A stretch of 64,000 nt of DNA, from positions 7,502,001-7,566,000 of the forward strand of contig JAQFVV010000006.1 in assembly GCA_028023455.1 (NCBI GenBank). Direction: 5' to 3'. A program made the position numbers and the translations under genes. This DNA is from Epiperipatus broadwayi (Eukaryota > Animalia > Onychophora). This document shows positions 12,831-24,663 of this stretch, one piece after another; the stretch's first letter is position 1; every line of letters begins with the position of its first letter. The notes beneath the pieces are model-generated. The model was not told the origin of the DNA. It saw only the letters and a program-made list of their open reading frames with translations, and ran no database searches.

Positions 12831-14341
12831 TTAAATAGAAGTAACTATACTTCTGAGAATTATGAGTAAACAGAACTTCAAAAATATAATGAAAAGATGG
12901 ACTATCTATTTTTGACATTTATTGATGTAGAGTATGGTTTATTCATAGATCTTGGAAGTGTAATTACTTCCGTTCCATTTACGTGCATAAAACAGATAAC
13001 GTTTATTTCATATATAAATTTTTGATAATCGATTTCTATTGGTAGTCTGGGCCTCTGCTTTTATTAAAAAAAACAGATAGCTTTCTATAGTATAAGCAGC
13101 CATTAAATAAATAATGTAATGGCTTGCCATTAATAATATCCGTAAATGTAAAACAGAAAACATTTTTTTTTACATTTAGGGAGGATTTGGACACAGACTT
13201 CAAGCCCCCTTCGCCTATCCACTCCATTACATCTAAAAGTTCAGTATACATAATATACTTGTATTTAAATAATACTGACAATAATTGTAATTAAGAAATG
13301 GTAATGTATAAAGGTCAGTATACATAATATACTTGTATTTAAATAATACTGACAATAATTGTAATTAAGAAATGGTAATGTATATTTATATGAGATTACT
13401 GTCTCTGCGTTCATTCATGAATACAGTTGTGTTATTAATCAGAAATTTTTTTTACCGATTACAATAATTTTACAAGATTGCTGTATTTGGGTTCATTTTC
13501 TGAATATGACTGCTTCAATATTTTGGTGGGATCTCATTAACCAACATCTGGGTAATACTGGTAGTCTGAAGTTAGCTGCTAGACATTTGCCATTCATCTA
13601 ATTACCAGAGATATTGGTAATTCATTTCCTACTACTCAAACAACAGGTGGTGAAATCCAGCCAAATTGCCAGTGTTTACAATACTTATGACAAGCAACCA
13701 AAAACAAGGAATTCCTGAAAATTATATTCACATATTTTTCCTAAGAAAATTGCAATGCTCAGTAATTCTTAAAAAATTTGAACATCCGGAAATGAAGAAG
13801 CAAAACCACAATCCACAGATCTTCCAGTCCATTCATTCAATCACTGCATTAAATGACACAGGGTAATGACATTAATAAATATGGTTCTTGCTACTGTGCA
13901 TGGATATTACTAGGTATGGATAATGTAATATAAATGATGGTATTTGTATGGGTGATGTTCCTGAATAAGGATGATGTTACTGGCTAGAAATGATATTAAG
14001 CAGTGGTAATTTCTCCATATAATAATGCTGCCTAGCATCCAGTGATGACTATGGCTTGCACTAGGTGGCATTATTATATAAGAAAAGTCGCTATTATTTT
14101 AACAGATTGTGTTAAGTATATGAAATGCTGGTCGTGCTGTTTCACTGATTTAATAGAAATGATATTATTGGGTGTTGGTGGTGTAGCTAAGTATGAATGA
14201 TATTAATCGGTGTGATAATAATATTAAATAATCAAATGATTTAATGTCTGAAAGTTCACAAATAGTCTACATACACATATAAATCATTTTAACCAAAACT
14301 ATACATTGTATAAATTTCCATTTTCAAAGTGAATTATTTAC

Positions 14342-14387
14342 CTGATTTCGCATGATTCACTAACAGAGTCGAGTTCAGAACAGCAAG
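14342..14387 (-). CDS. BLTP2: Small coding exon, BLTP2-like (CCSELDSVSESCEI-R)
   Basis: TTTTTATTTACAG acceptor and AG|GTAAAT donor. 46 nt, phase 1 to 2, exactly bridging the flanking exons. Confidence 0.75.
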
Positions 14388-14569
14388 CTGTAAATAAAAA
14401 TGTTAAAAAAAGGATATACAATATTCCAACAAACATACAATATTTAAAATTAAATGTTAAATCCTGATGAATTAAACAATGAAAATTGTCAACAGCTTTA
14501 ATACAAATTCCAAATTGTTTGGCTGAGCTAACTTCAGTCATCTGTCTCAACTCTTCACAACCACATCAA

Positions 14570-14990
14570 AAATCTTCAATACTTAAGCTAGCATCAATCA
14601 ATAGCATTCTTTCCCATGGACAGGTTCAGCGAATAGTCACATCAATCAATTCATCCACTTTTTCTCATTCCATTCTCTTCATTGCCTATCTCTTCCACAT
14701 AACTTTTCCTACTTTTTATATCATCCAACAATGTCAATCTTTTCCATCCTTTCTTATTTCTACTCACCATTCCATCTAAAACATCTTTCATTAACTATAC
14801 TTTCTTCTTAATATATGTCCAATCCAATTTCACTTTCTCATTTCCTCAATCAATCCTCTTTTCAAAACTTTTTCGCTTGTTATTTTATGCATCCAACTGA
14901 TTTTTTCCATTATTCTCCATGTCCACATATGAAGGGCTTCCAATCTGTTCCTAATTTTATTACTCATTGTCCACGTTTTACAACCATACA
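14570..14990 (-). mobile_element. Decayed RTE/RTEX-like non-LTR 3' fragment
   Basis: YGCKTWTM...LEALHMWTWRIMEKISW...WIGHILRR...LTLLDDIK. Confidence 0.75.
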
Positions 14991-15944
14991 AAAAATTAAT
15001 TATAGCATTGATAATACTATACAGTTACTGAAATAGAGTAGAAAAAGAAATACAGATGCTTCACCACAATAAAGCTTATTAATTTATAGATATTTGCTTC
15101 ACCACAATAAAGCTTATTAATTTATAGATATTTTCTGAATTTTTCTTTTTTAATTTTGTATACAGATGCGTGTGCAAACTAATTTATTTTTTGTAAAATA
15201 TAAAAGATCACCTATGATATTTTCATTAGAGTAGTAGAAGTTTTTGAATAAGAACTTCTCATTTTTAGTATTCTTCTCATAGTTAGCATAGTTATTTATA
15301 AAAATACAAAATGCTAAGATGAGTGCTTTTACTTCTCTTCCATTCTTACCTACGACACGGGAATGCTAAAAAGTCACATAATTAACAACTGCTGAATTGG
15401 AATGCTTACTATGAAGTTTTCTTCACACCTTCATGCCACCTACTGTAAGCTTTAGTAAGTAGCAGATGCCACATGATAGAGCTTAATAAATCTCTACCAA
15501 TGCCATGCTATCCAATATCCTGAGATTAGTTTCAAACTTAAGACTTTCATTATCATTTGGCATTTATTAGATACTTTACAATAGCATAGAAATAGGAAAA
15601 AAAGAATTATGCTGCCAAAAAAAGCAATGAGTAAACCGAAGTCATGTGATATTTTTATGGGTTTTAAATTACAAGTAGCGACAAAACCTGGGCATATTTG
15701 AGATGTCTTCTTTATCTACTATGGAAAATGATAAATAAATTGTTTATTGCTTGGAGAAATCATATGATTTTTTTTTTTAAGTATCGGAAGTGCGGGTTGA
15801 CTGTGATCCATTGACCTTTAGTGCTCAAGCTATCTCTCCTACTGCAATAAACTGACCAGGGCAATGAGAATGCTCTCACTTAATTGATTTGCTGATTCAA
15901 CTACATTCTGTGGTAGAGGAAGTTTGGTGATAAATTTTCAATAT

Positions 15945-16605
15945 ATTACAATAAACACATTACTTATAAACAGACATAATTCTCCATACAGTAGTGCCAC
16001 CCTGTGCTAACCAGAGTAATCAATGAATGCCAGAAGGCTTGTGCATAAAATCCCCATCTAATGCCTGCTCATCCAATATCCCCAAACTAGTTTCTGGCTT
16101 GTGGCCTTCATCAGTGAGAAGCCTTGGATATGAGAGCACTGCACCTAGATCTTAGGACCTAATGTAACCCTCCAGCAGCCACCTTTTATATCTACTTAAC
16201 TACAAAACTATGAGAATAAAATTGAGAACACAATAATATTTTCAATCTAAGCTCAATAGCTTATATAGTCATATGGGTCTGAACTCAGTTCGGCACCCAT
16301 AGATTTTGGTGTCTTTGGCTCTTTAACAACCATAGCCACCACTACCCTATTAGGCAGGATTGATGTTAAACCACTAAACATCACATGGTCACCATCTCTT
16401 ATAATAGCACATAACTGTTATTAAACAGGCAAAACTCTCCATACAGTAGTACCACCCTGTGCTAACCAGAGTAATCAATGGATGCCAGAATGCTTGGGCA
16501 TAAAATACCCATCTAATGCCTGTTCATCCAAGAGCTTTGCCTGTTTAATAACAATTATGTGCTATTATAAGAGATGGTGATCATGTGACGTTTAGTGGTT
16601 TATCA
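15945..16605 (-). mobile_element. Family B retrozyme/PLE-like repeat: ~1.25 tandem units (period 455 bp) plus an inverted fragment (16530-16605)
   Basis: TCTCCATACAGTAGT recurs at 15981 and 16436; contains a hammerhead; orientation flips near 16530. Confidence 0.8.
16072..16128 (-). ncRNA. Minimal type I hammerhead ribozyme, family B (GUU site)
   Basis: Minus strand reads TCCAAGGCTTCTCA-CTGATGA-AGGCCACAAGCCA-GAAA-CTAG-TT-TGGGGATATTGGA. Confidence 0.72.
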
Positions 16606-17257
16606 CATTACATATAATCGTATCCTCTTTAACTGGAATTTGTCATGTGTTTTTAATGCCACTAAAAACCAAATTCTAATGGCTGGTCATTAGTATCAGT
16701 ATATTTATTGATGAATTTACATACATATAAGACCATCTTGGATTAACTTACTTTTAAATTCATTTTGCAATCAATAATATGTTCTATTCCTTTTCTATTG
16801 GTAAAATTTTTTATTCACCACTGTATATGAATATAAAAGTGTATATATTATATAAATATAAATTTCAATTGCCATAATTTTATCCAGCACTGCTTCATAA
16901 TAATCATCCATCAATAAATAACAAACATCTTTTTTTATTTAGCATATGGTATCACAATAATAAAATTCAACACCAACTGTTCTGAACCAATCAAAAGTCA
17001 AATCCTTCAAGTTATGTAGAGCAAAGAGGCCAACAGGGGCCTAGTGAATTTGATATTCCTTATAAATATGTACCATAGTTTGTGGTCTCCACAGTCACAG
17101 TATGGAGAATCTATAAATCCTCACTTGTGCAACATATAATGACATCTACCCTGCCCTGTTCTGTTAATCTCATCTAAAAATAATTTCTTTTTAATTTAGG
17201 TACAATTACAAAAAAAAAAAAAAGAAAGAATTTTCTTCTTTTTCAACAGTTTATCAT

Positions 17258-17585
17258 TTATCTATCTTTCCATTAGCCATGCCATATCATTTATACAACT
17301 TTCCATTTCCCATGCCATATCATTTATCTATCAGTCCATTACCCATGCCATATCATTTATCCAACTTTACATTGACCATGCCATATCATTTATCTATTTT
17401 CCCATTGGCCATGCCATATCATTTATCCAAGTTTCCATTAGCCATATCATATCATTTATCTAAGTTTCCATTTCCCCCACAACATATCATTTATCCATCT
17501 TTCCATTAGCCATGCCATATCATTTATCCAACTTTCCCATTGCCCATGCTATATCATTTATTTAACTTTCCATTATCCATACCAT
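17258..17585. repeat. 33-bp minisatellite, about 10 copies
   Basis: Unit CCATGCCATATCATTTATCCAACTTTCCATTAG; it produces the repetitive ORF 17279..17509. Confidence 0.92.
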
Positions 17586-17989
17586 ATTACACACATAACT
17601 CAAATGTAAATATTTTAAGTTTATATCTTACGATAATCATCACCCTAGCTTATTAGAAGTAGGCATATAACTTCAGAGCAATAGCAACATAAGGAGAACC
17701 CACGATGTTGAGGATTTAAAGAGCAACCCTATGGTAATAATATGTATCAGAGTTGAACTCAGCATACTATCAAATGTGATATATTTATACTTGGTGAACT
17801 TTAGGGACTCAAACTCATACCATCATCTCAATGAGTGTCACAAATAGCCATTTTGTTCTGTTCCATTCCAAATAATTACGAATTATCACAGCTGGACACT
17901 GTCCTGTTGCATAGATAGGAATTTGGTCTCATACATAGTAGACCTTTCCATTATAAATGGCACAGCCAATTGTTGGGGGTATGAACTCA

Positions 17990-18530
17990 GATGGTTGTCA
18001 TATCTGTTCCATTACAATATATAGAAGTAAACAGAATATTGAGAGTGAGTTAATTTATGATAATAGCAAGGAAAGTAGTTTACTGTTTAAGGCTCGAACA
18101 GGATCATTACCAACAAGGGAATATACACACAAAAATGGAGAAATGTGGATGATCTAGTCTGCAAATTATGTAAGGAAGGCATGGAGAATATTAGTCATTT
18201 AAGGAAGGAATGAAGAATATTAAGCATCTGCTTTTTGAATGTAAATGCTTACAGGCAGAAAGGGTACAAATAATGAAGTTGTAATAGCATAAATATAAAC
18301 AAAGTGTTTATACAAAAAGTGAGTTCTTTGTTTTTATGCTGGGTTTGGAAAAAGGTAGAGGGATTTAGATATAAAAGCCATGGAATAGGCAAAGCAAGAT
18401 AAAGAAGAATATGATAGAAACTTAGGATGGGTAATGGAACAGGAGAGGTAAGATGCCTAACACATTTCTCTGGGAATAGTGGCCAAGAGATTCTGACATT
18501 GATAAAGAAGAAGCCATAGCACATCGCATC
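17990..18530 (+). mobile_element. Highly decayed non-LTR retrotransposon C-terminal remnant(s)
   Basis: IYDNSKESSLLFKARTGSLPT motif in ORF 17957..18157; the purine-rich downstream segment resembles 40300-40560 (minus). Confidence 0.4.
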
Positions 18531-19999
18531 GCTAAATATTTATGCATTAAAACTGTTGTAATTTTAGCCAGTAAAAAAAAAAGACTTCAAGAGATATAAG
18601 ATTATACAAAATAAGTAGAAAGAGCAGCAATCAAAAAAATTGAAACTCTCATTAATTTATAAAGAGTGTAATCATTCTTTTACTTACATAAATTAACTGA
18701 CACAAATTCAGATGTAAAAAAAAACCGAAAAATATCATCCCAAGTAATGAGAGCTCTTATTTCTTGTGTATCTTCTGCTGTGTGAACAAATTTTGTGGTA
18801 TATTGTATTACAAGTTGTTCATTTGTTTGCACCAGGGGTAACAAGAAACACATCCAATGGGAAGCCTCGACTTGCATAAAATTCAACTTAGGAATAAAAT
18901 GTGCAGAATGGATTATTAAAATAAATAAAAAATTGTATGATAATGGTTATGTGATCTTAAAGCACCCTAGTAATGAAATAAACATTAATCTCAATCAAGT
19001 TTTTATTTACATTACTCAGCTCAGAATTGACTCTGAAGCTTTGAATACAATAACCTACCATTGCACTCCATGGCTCAGGGCAATGGATCAATTATATAAA
19101 TAGCTAAGAATAATACATATATAGTGAATGAATGCCAGTAAAATGTAAAGTCTATAGCTGAGTTAACTTAATGAAGATGTTTAATAAATATTTATTTATT
19201 TATTAGCACTTATAAGTTTGCGTAATTCATGAGTAAATATCACACGATCACCATCTCTTAACTTTACACAAGCTGTTAAAAAGTAGCAACTTTCTTTACA
19301 ACTTTCTGGCATCCATTAATTACTATTAGCACTATTGTATGGAGAGAGTTGCTACTGCTTTAATTCACAAATACTAAGCACATTGATACTATTAGAGAGA
19401 AAAAAATGGTTTACTATTAGAGAGAGAAAAATGGTTTACCCAAATTGAAATGACCTGTTAAGGCCACAAGACATGTTAGAAGCCAGTGACACTTTTTTCA
19501 TTATCTATAATTGTGTCTTTGAGGTATGTTAGCCATAACAATAACTCCAAATGATATAATTGTACAGTATACATTGATTAACACAGTTTGAAAGAAATTA
19601 AAAAAATACAGGAAGATGTCAGCAGTCAATCAGCATGAGCAAAACTCCATGGCAATCACCACACCAAATAAAAAAAATTGACAAATCACTTTGCATACAT
19701 ACATTTCAGTAAACATTCCTCATTAATGGATGAGTAGTGAAACTAGCCATCTACAGAAATATCTTATATTAACAGCCCTGCAGGTATAAATCAGTTTATC
19801 CCAGTAAGATTAATCACATACACATTAATGTATTATGTTAAGAATGTAATTAGTAAAATTATTTACTGGAATATAAGTTTATTTTTACATTACATACATA
19901 TTATCATTTTTTTCTTTCATCACAGTTATATCATCTAGTATAATATTTAGAAACTAATAGAAGCCAGATAACAGTGCTTAATAAACCTGTATCCAGTGC

Positions 20000-20770
20000 T
20001 GCCCAAATATATAGCAATTTATTAAACACAATCAGCTGGCCCCTATTAGTTATTAAAGCTTACATCAGGTGGCACAGCTGTGATAGATAGAACCGTATTG
20101 GATAGGAATTTATTAAACACCATCATCTGGATTCCGTTAATTAATAGGACCAGATAGGGAAATATTAAGCAGTATCATCTGGCATATATTCATCAGTAAA
20201 GCTTACATTAGGGGGTATACCTGAGGATAGAGCAGAATTGGACAGGAATGTATTAAACATTATCATCTGATATCTATTTCTTATTAGGATAGCAGTGGAG
20301 AGGGATTTATTAAGTAATATTATCTGCCATCCATTAGTCAGTAAAGTTAGCATTGTTGTGATGGATTGCGCAGTACTGGATAGGATCTATTAAACACTAC
20401 CATTTGACACCTATTAGTTACTAGTATATTATTGGCCAGGGATTTATGAAGAACTATTGCCTCACATCTAATACTTATTAGAATAGCATTGGATAGTAGT
20501 TTATTAAGCACTATCATCCGATATCCATTAGTTAGTAGGACAACCTGGATAAGGATTTTATTAAGCCTATTATCTGGCATCTATTAGTTATAATGACAGC
20601 AAGGATATGAATTTATTAAGCAACTAGCATCTTACATTAGATGGTGTAACTGTGATGAATAAGGTTGACTGGAAAAGAAATTCATGAAGCACTATCATTT
20701 GTATGTAATAGTTATTAAAGTTTGCGGTAGGTGGTATAACTGTGGTGAAAAAATTGAATGTGTTGCTGAA
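20000..20770. repeat. Degenerate ~90-bp tandem array derived from the 3' part of family B
   Basis: Recurring ATTGGATAGGAATTTATTAAGCACTATCATCTGGCATCTATTAGTTA; colinear with family B TTGGATGAG...TTCTGGCATCCATTGATTA. Confidence 0.65.
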
Positions 20771-20943
20771 ACAGCAAGATATAAAATGAGTTCTGATTTT
20801 ATTACATTTATTTTCTTTTCTTTTTTAAGTATTCATGCATCAGTAGTTTTTTCTTAAGACATATACACACGCAAACATCAGTGCATTCAATAAATAATTA
20901 AATAAGAGAGAGTCGAAAAAACTAAAAAAGAAGTAGACCTTAC

Positions 20944-21092
20944 CTGTTTCTTCTTGAACGTCTATGCTAACTTTAATGTGATGGAATCCGGTAACTAAAG
21001 GTAAACACTGGGGGAACTGGGCTGACAAAGAAATATCTGAAATCTCTAGAGTTGTTTTCAGTCTGTGTTTTACCAGTAAATATTTTATAAGG
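20944..21092 (-). CDS. BLTP2: Coding exon, BLTP2-like (LIKYLLVKHRLKTTLEISDISLSAQFPQCLPLVTGFHHIKVSIDVQEET-A)
   Basis: Poly-T...TGTTTCAG acceptor and AG|GTAAGG donor. 149 nt, phase 2 to 1, matching both neighbouring exons. Confidence 0.8.
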
Positions 21093-23905
21093 CTGAAACA
21101 GTATTAAAAAAAAAAGTTAGAACTTTTTGGATTAATAATAAATTCCATTTTTAATGGCCAGACGTACTCACTCCCAACAGATTTCTTACTTTTTCCTCTA
21201 TTAATCTTTAATCAATTTATTTTTATTTAATATATAAAGTAATAAATTTATTAACAACAATAATATTTAAAGATAATAACAGTTTTCCATAAAACAACAA
21301 CAAAACTGAATGGGTTAGTCGCTTAAGATATCATAAAATATTTGAATAAAGTACGGGTTAATTAAACACAGATTCAAACCCCATTAGCTCTCCAATCTTC
21401 AAGCTATTCTTGACACTAAACAATATAAGGCATAGTTTTTATTTATGATTGTAAACATTTAATATCATAACCCTCACTTTCACAAGAAGAAGCAAAAAAA
21501 AAAGATATATATTTGCATGCAAAGGTTAAATAAAATCTTATAAAACGAATGGGAGGAAAGATTTAAAGCTTGATTAAATTAGTGATAGCAATAAAAAATA
21601 ATAATAACATCAATTCAAATATTGTCATTAATTACTAAAAAGTAATTATTTCCAATCTTTTAATGCAAATTAAAGGTAAGCATGAAAAGTAAAATATCAA
21701 TCAATTTTCTTTCTTTTTTTCCATTCTTCGAGTTATTTTATTTTCTGTGAAAGGTTGGAATAATTACATATTCGCAGTTCTCCTACTGATATACGAACAT
21801 GCAATTTATTTAACAAAAAAAAAAACACGCACATACACTCCAAACAAATATACAGCAAACAGAATTAGAGCTAATTACAATAGAAAAAAATAAGATTTAA
21901 AAAAAAAGTAAAAATAACATAAATACATAATAACAATAATAGTTATAATAAAATACGGTGATAAAAGAAAAATCTGGTGCCGCGAGTTCAGACTATACAC
22001 GTGACTATTATGATTAATTATACTTAGTGGAGAATGCGATTTTTGAGCAAAACAAATAGTAGATTGAAATTTTGATCAAAGAGCCTTTACTTCTCAAATT
22101 CCCCATTCTTACTATCACGCTAAACCGCACGCAGTTACATTTAAAGTGTGAGGTCATTGCTATCTTTTATGAGTGTATACCCTATGCAGTCTTATTTTTC
22201 TACAAATTTTAAATTTGTGGTATATTTTTAACTAATAAATGCATTTGACATTTATCCTCTTTTCTCTCTCTCTCTATATATATATGCTTTGGTGCATGTG
22301 CGTCAATGTGTCTGCATGTGTAGTCTTACTTATTTCTGCTGTCTATCTATAAGTCTATCTACCTATCCACCTACATGTTTACCTGTATGTTTTTTTTTTT
22401 AAAAAACCTTGCATGTACAAGGTTGGATCAGTTATCTTAGTAGTCATATATTGCAGTACTAAAACGAAATAACTGCCACCACTGACGATAGACTGTGGCT
22501 AAAACCTTTAATTTTTACATACCACAAACATTAATAATAATCCAAAAAGCAAAAATTTTTATTCTAATGAGCATAACTATAGATAAACTGAGATAAGCTA
22601 ATTATAGTTTTCAAAATATTGCCTTTTAAAAGTAAAAATCCACGTTTTTCCCTTTCTGTATTTTTTATATGGGTTATAATCACAATTTTTTTATAATCAC
22701 TTAATACATGCAACTTGTTTATTTCCATATGCAATTGCTGTATATAGGAGTAATATTGAAATTATAAGCTATATACATATCAATATGTTTTGTATCAAGA
22801 TAAAACTCTACATAGATGTGAAACTTAACAAATGTAAGTTTATTAATTCAGAGAGATCTTTATGTTTACAACCAACTTGCTTGCACATTTTTTTTTTTTT
22901 TAATTTTATATTCATTATAGATAGTCGTAAAACTTCATGGACATTACATATTAGATTAAATACAATACCTCTTCACTTAGTTGATTTTTTGGCCTCTAGG
23001 TGCGCCATATACACCCTTTCATATCAATACAGCGGATCTCTCTCCTTCCTTTTTTTTTTTATCTTGGCTGATTTTGTTAGTTTTTATTGTACATTGTGTA
23101 GCCTATCTGATTAGCATATCATTATATAATTAGCATTTATCTATAGAGTTTGCATATTTTAATTTTCTAGTGTTAACAATGGGGAATTTATTCAGCTGCT
23201 TTTCTGATTAGTTGTTACAAACAAACATAATCAATTTTACGTCCATCACTTTATATGTCACATACATTATTATTTGAATCAGTTAGCTGTAATAGTTTCA
23301 TTTTGTTCTATATCTTTTTCAGAATTTATATTTTATTTAAATAAAATATGAATTCTGAGGAAGACTGTTCAGCAGTTGAAACGGTTAGTTTAGATTTAGA
23401 TATAATAAACAAATTGCTTGCTTTAGGTACATATGATAAATGATTGTTATGCCTTTAAAACTGCTTTTGTTATCTATTATATCAGTTTATAAATTGAGAT
23501 ATAAAAAATATCAATCCAATTAATGATAAAATAATTAGAATTTAAAGAAAGATGACCTCTATAGTCAAAAGTTTCTATTCAGAGAAAATCATATGCTCAG
23601 TAATCCAATAGCCAAATCAAAAAGTTTCTCTCTCTGTATAACTTTCTTATACTAAAGTAACTAGTCATAAAGGGCTAATGCCAATTTGATACCACATGGC
23701 AAAAACATATATAATGCTATTCAGCATCAAATTCTTTTTTTTTCCACAACATTATGCTACCTAGTGTAAGTTTTAGTAATCAATAGATGCCAGTTTGTAG
23801 TTCTTAATTAATTCCTATCTAGTTCTGTCATATCTGATATTCCCAGATGCTTCCAGCCTTTGGATTTCTTCAATGAGGAGCTTTGAAAAATCCAGATGCA
23901 CTGCT

Positions 23906-23990
23906 CTAATACTGTGTTTTCTCCAAAATAAGACCTAACCAAAAAATAAACTTTAGCATGATTTTTGAGAATGCTTATAATATAAACCTT
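23906..23990 (+). mobile_element. Terminus of a pogo/Tc2-like DNA transposon (opposite-strand relative at ~62975-63072)
   Basis: TACTGTGTTTTCTCCAAAATAAGACCTAACC matches the reverse complement of GGTTAGGTCTTATTTGAGGGGAAATACAATA. Confidence 0.45.
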
Positions 23991-24231
23991 AGTTAATAGG
24001 TAGCTCAAAAGTTGGCTTTTGTTTGCCTGTTGAAACATATGATGGACATATTGAATTATAAAATAATGAATGTATAAATAAACTATATTACTGACATTAA
24101 TGATTTAAATAAAATGGTAATATATATTTTAAAACAGACAAAACTCTCCATGCAGCAGTGCCACTCAGTGCAAGTGAGAGCAATCAATGGATGCAAGAAG
24201 GTTTGTGCATAAACTATCTAATGCTTATTTA

Positions 24232-24288
24232 TCCAATATTCCCAGACTAGTTTCTAGCTTGTGGCTTTCATCAGTGAGGAGCCTTGGA
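24232..24288 (-). ncRNA. Minimal type I hammerhead ribozyme, family B
   Basis: Minus strand reads TCCAAGGCTCCTCA-CTGATGA-A-AGC(CACAA)GCT-A-GAAA-CTAG-TC^-TGGGAATATTGGA. Palindromic CUAG loop III, GUC cleavage site and an extended stem I (TCCAA/TTGGA). Confidence 0.8.
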
Positions 24289-24606
24289 TCTGAGAGACCT
24301 GCATCTAGATCTAAGGATCTAATGCTACCTTCCAGCAGCCACCTTTTATCTCTACTTAACTACAAAACTATGAGTCTAAAATTGAAAACATGTTTTAGTC
24401 ATATAGGTCTGAACTCAGTTCAGTACCCATACATTTTGGTGTCTAAACTAGGTTCAGACCTATATGACTATATAATCTTGTAAGCTTAGATTGAACTATT
24501 ATGTTTTCAATTTTGGACTTATGGCTTTGTAGTGAAGAAAAGAGGTAAAAAGGTGGCTGCTGGAGGGTTGCATTAGATCCCAAGATCTAGGTGCAGTGTT
24601 CTCAGA

Positions 24607-24663
24607 TCTAAGGCTCCTCACTGATGAAAGCCACACACTAGAAATTAGTCTGGGGATATTGTA
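24607..24663 (+). ncRNA. Family B hammerhead, partly decayed
   Basis: CTCCTCA-CTGATGA-AAGCCACACACTA-GAAA-TTAG-TC-TGGGGA; stem II is weakened. Confidence 0.5.

Noticed and set aside
13233-13383. Short two-copy tandem duplications (also 172-213, 15055-15135, 31750-31850, 40575-40645, 47200-47370, 49790-49990, 50140-50270)
   Set aside because: Ordinary slippage duplications with no distinguishing structure.
14455-14500. CTGATGA-ATTAAACAAT-GAAA-ATTG-TC hammerhead-like string
   Set aside because: No stem I can form, it is single-copy, and it is likely chance in AT-rich DNA.
17279-17509. Repetitive MPYHLS protein
   Set aside because: Translation of a 33-bp minisatellite with no splice or expression evidence.
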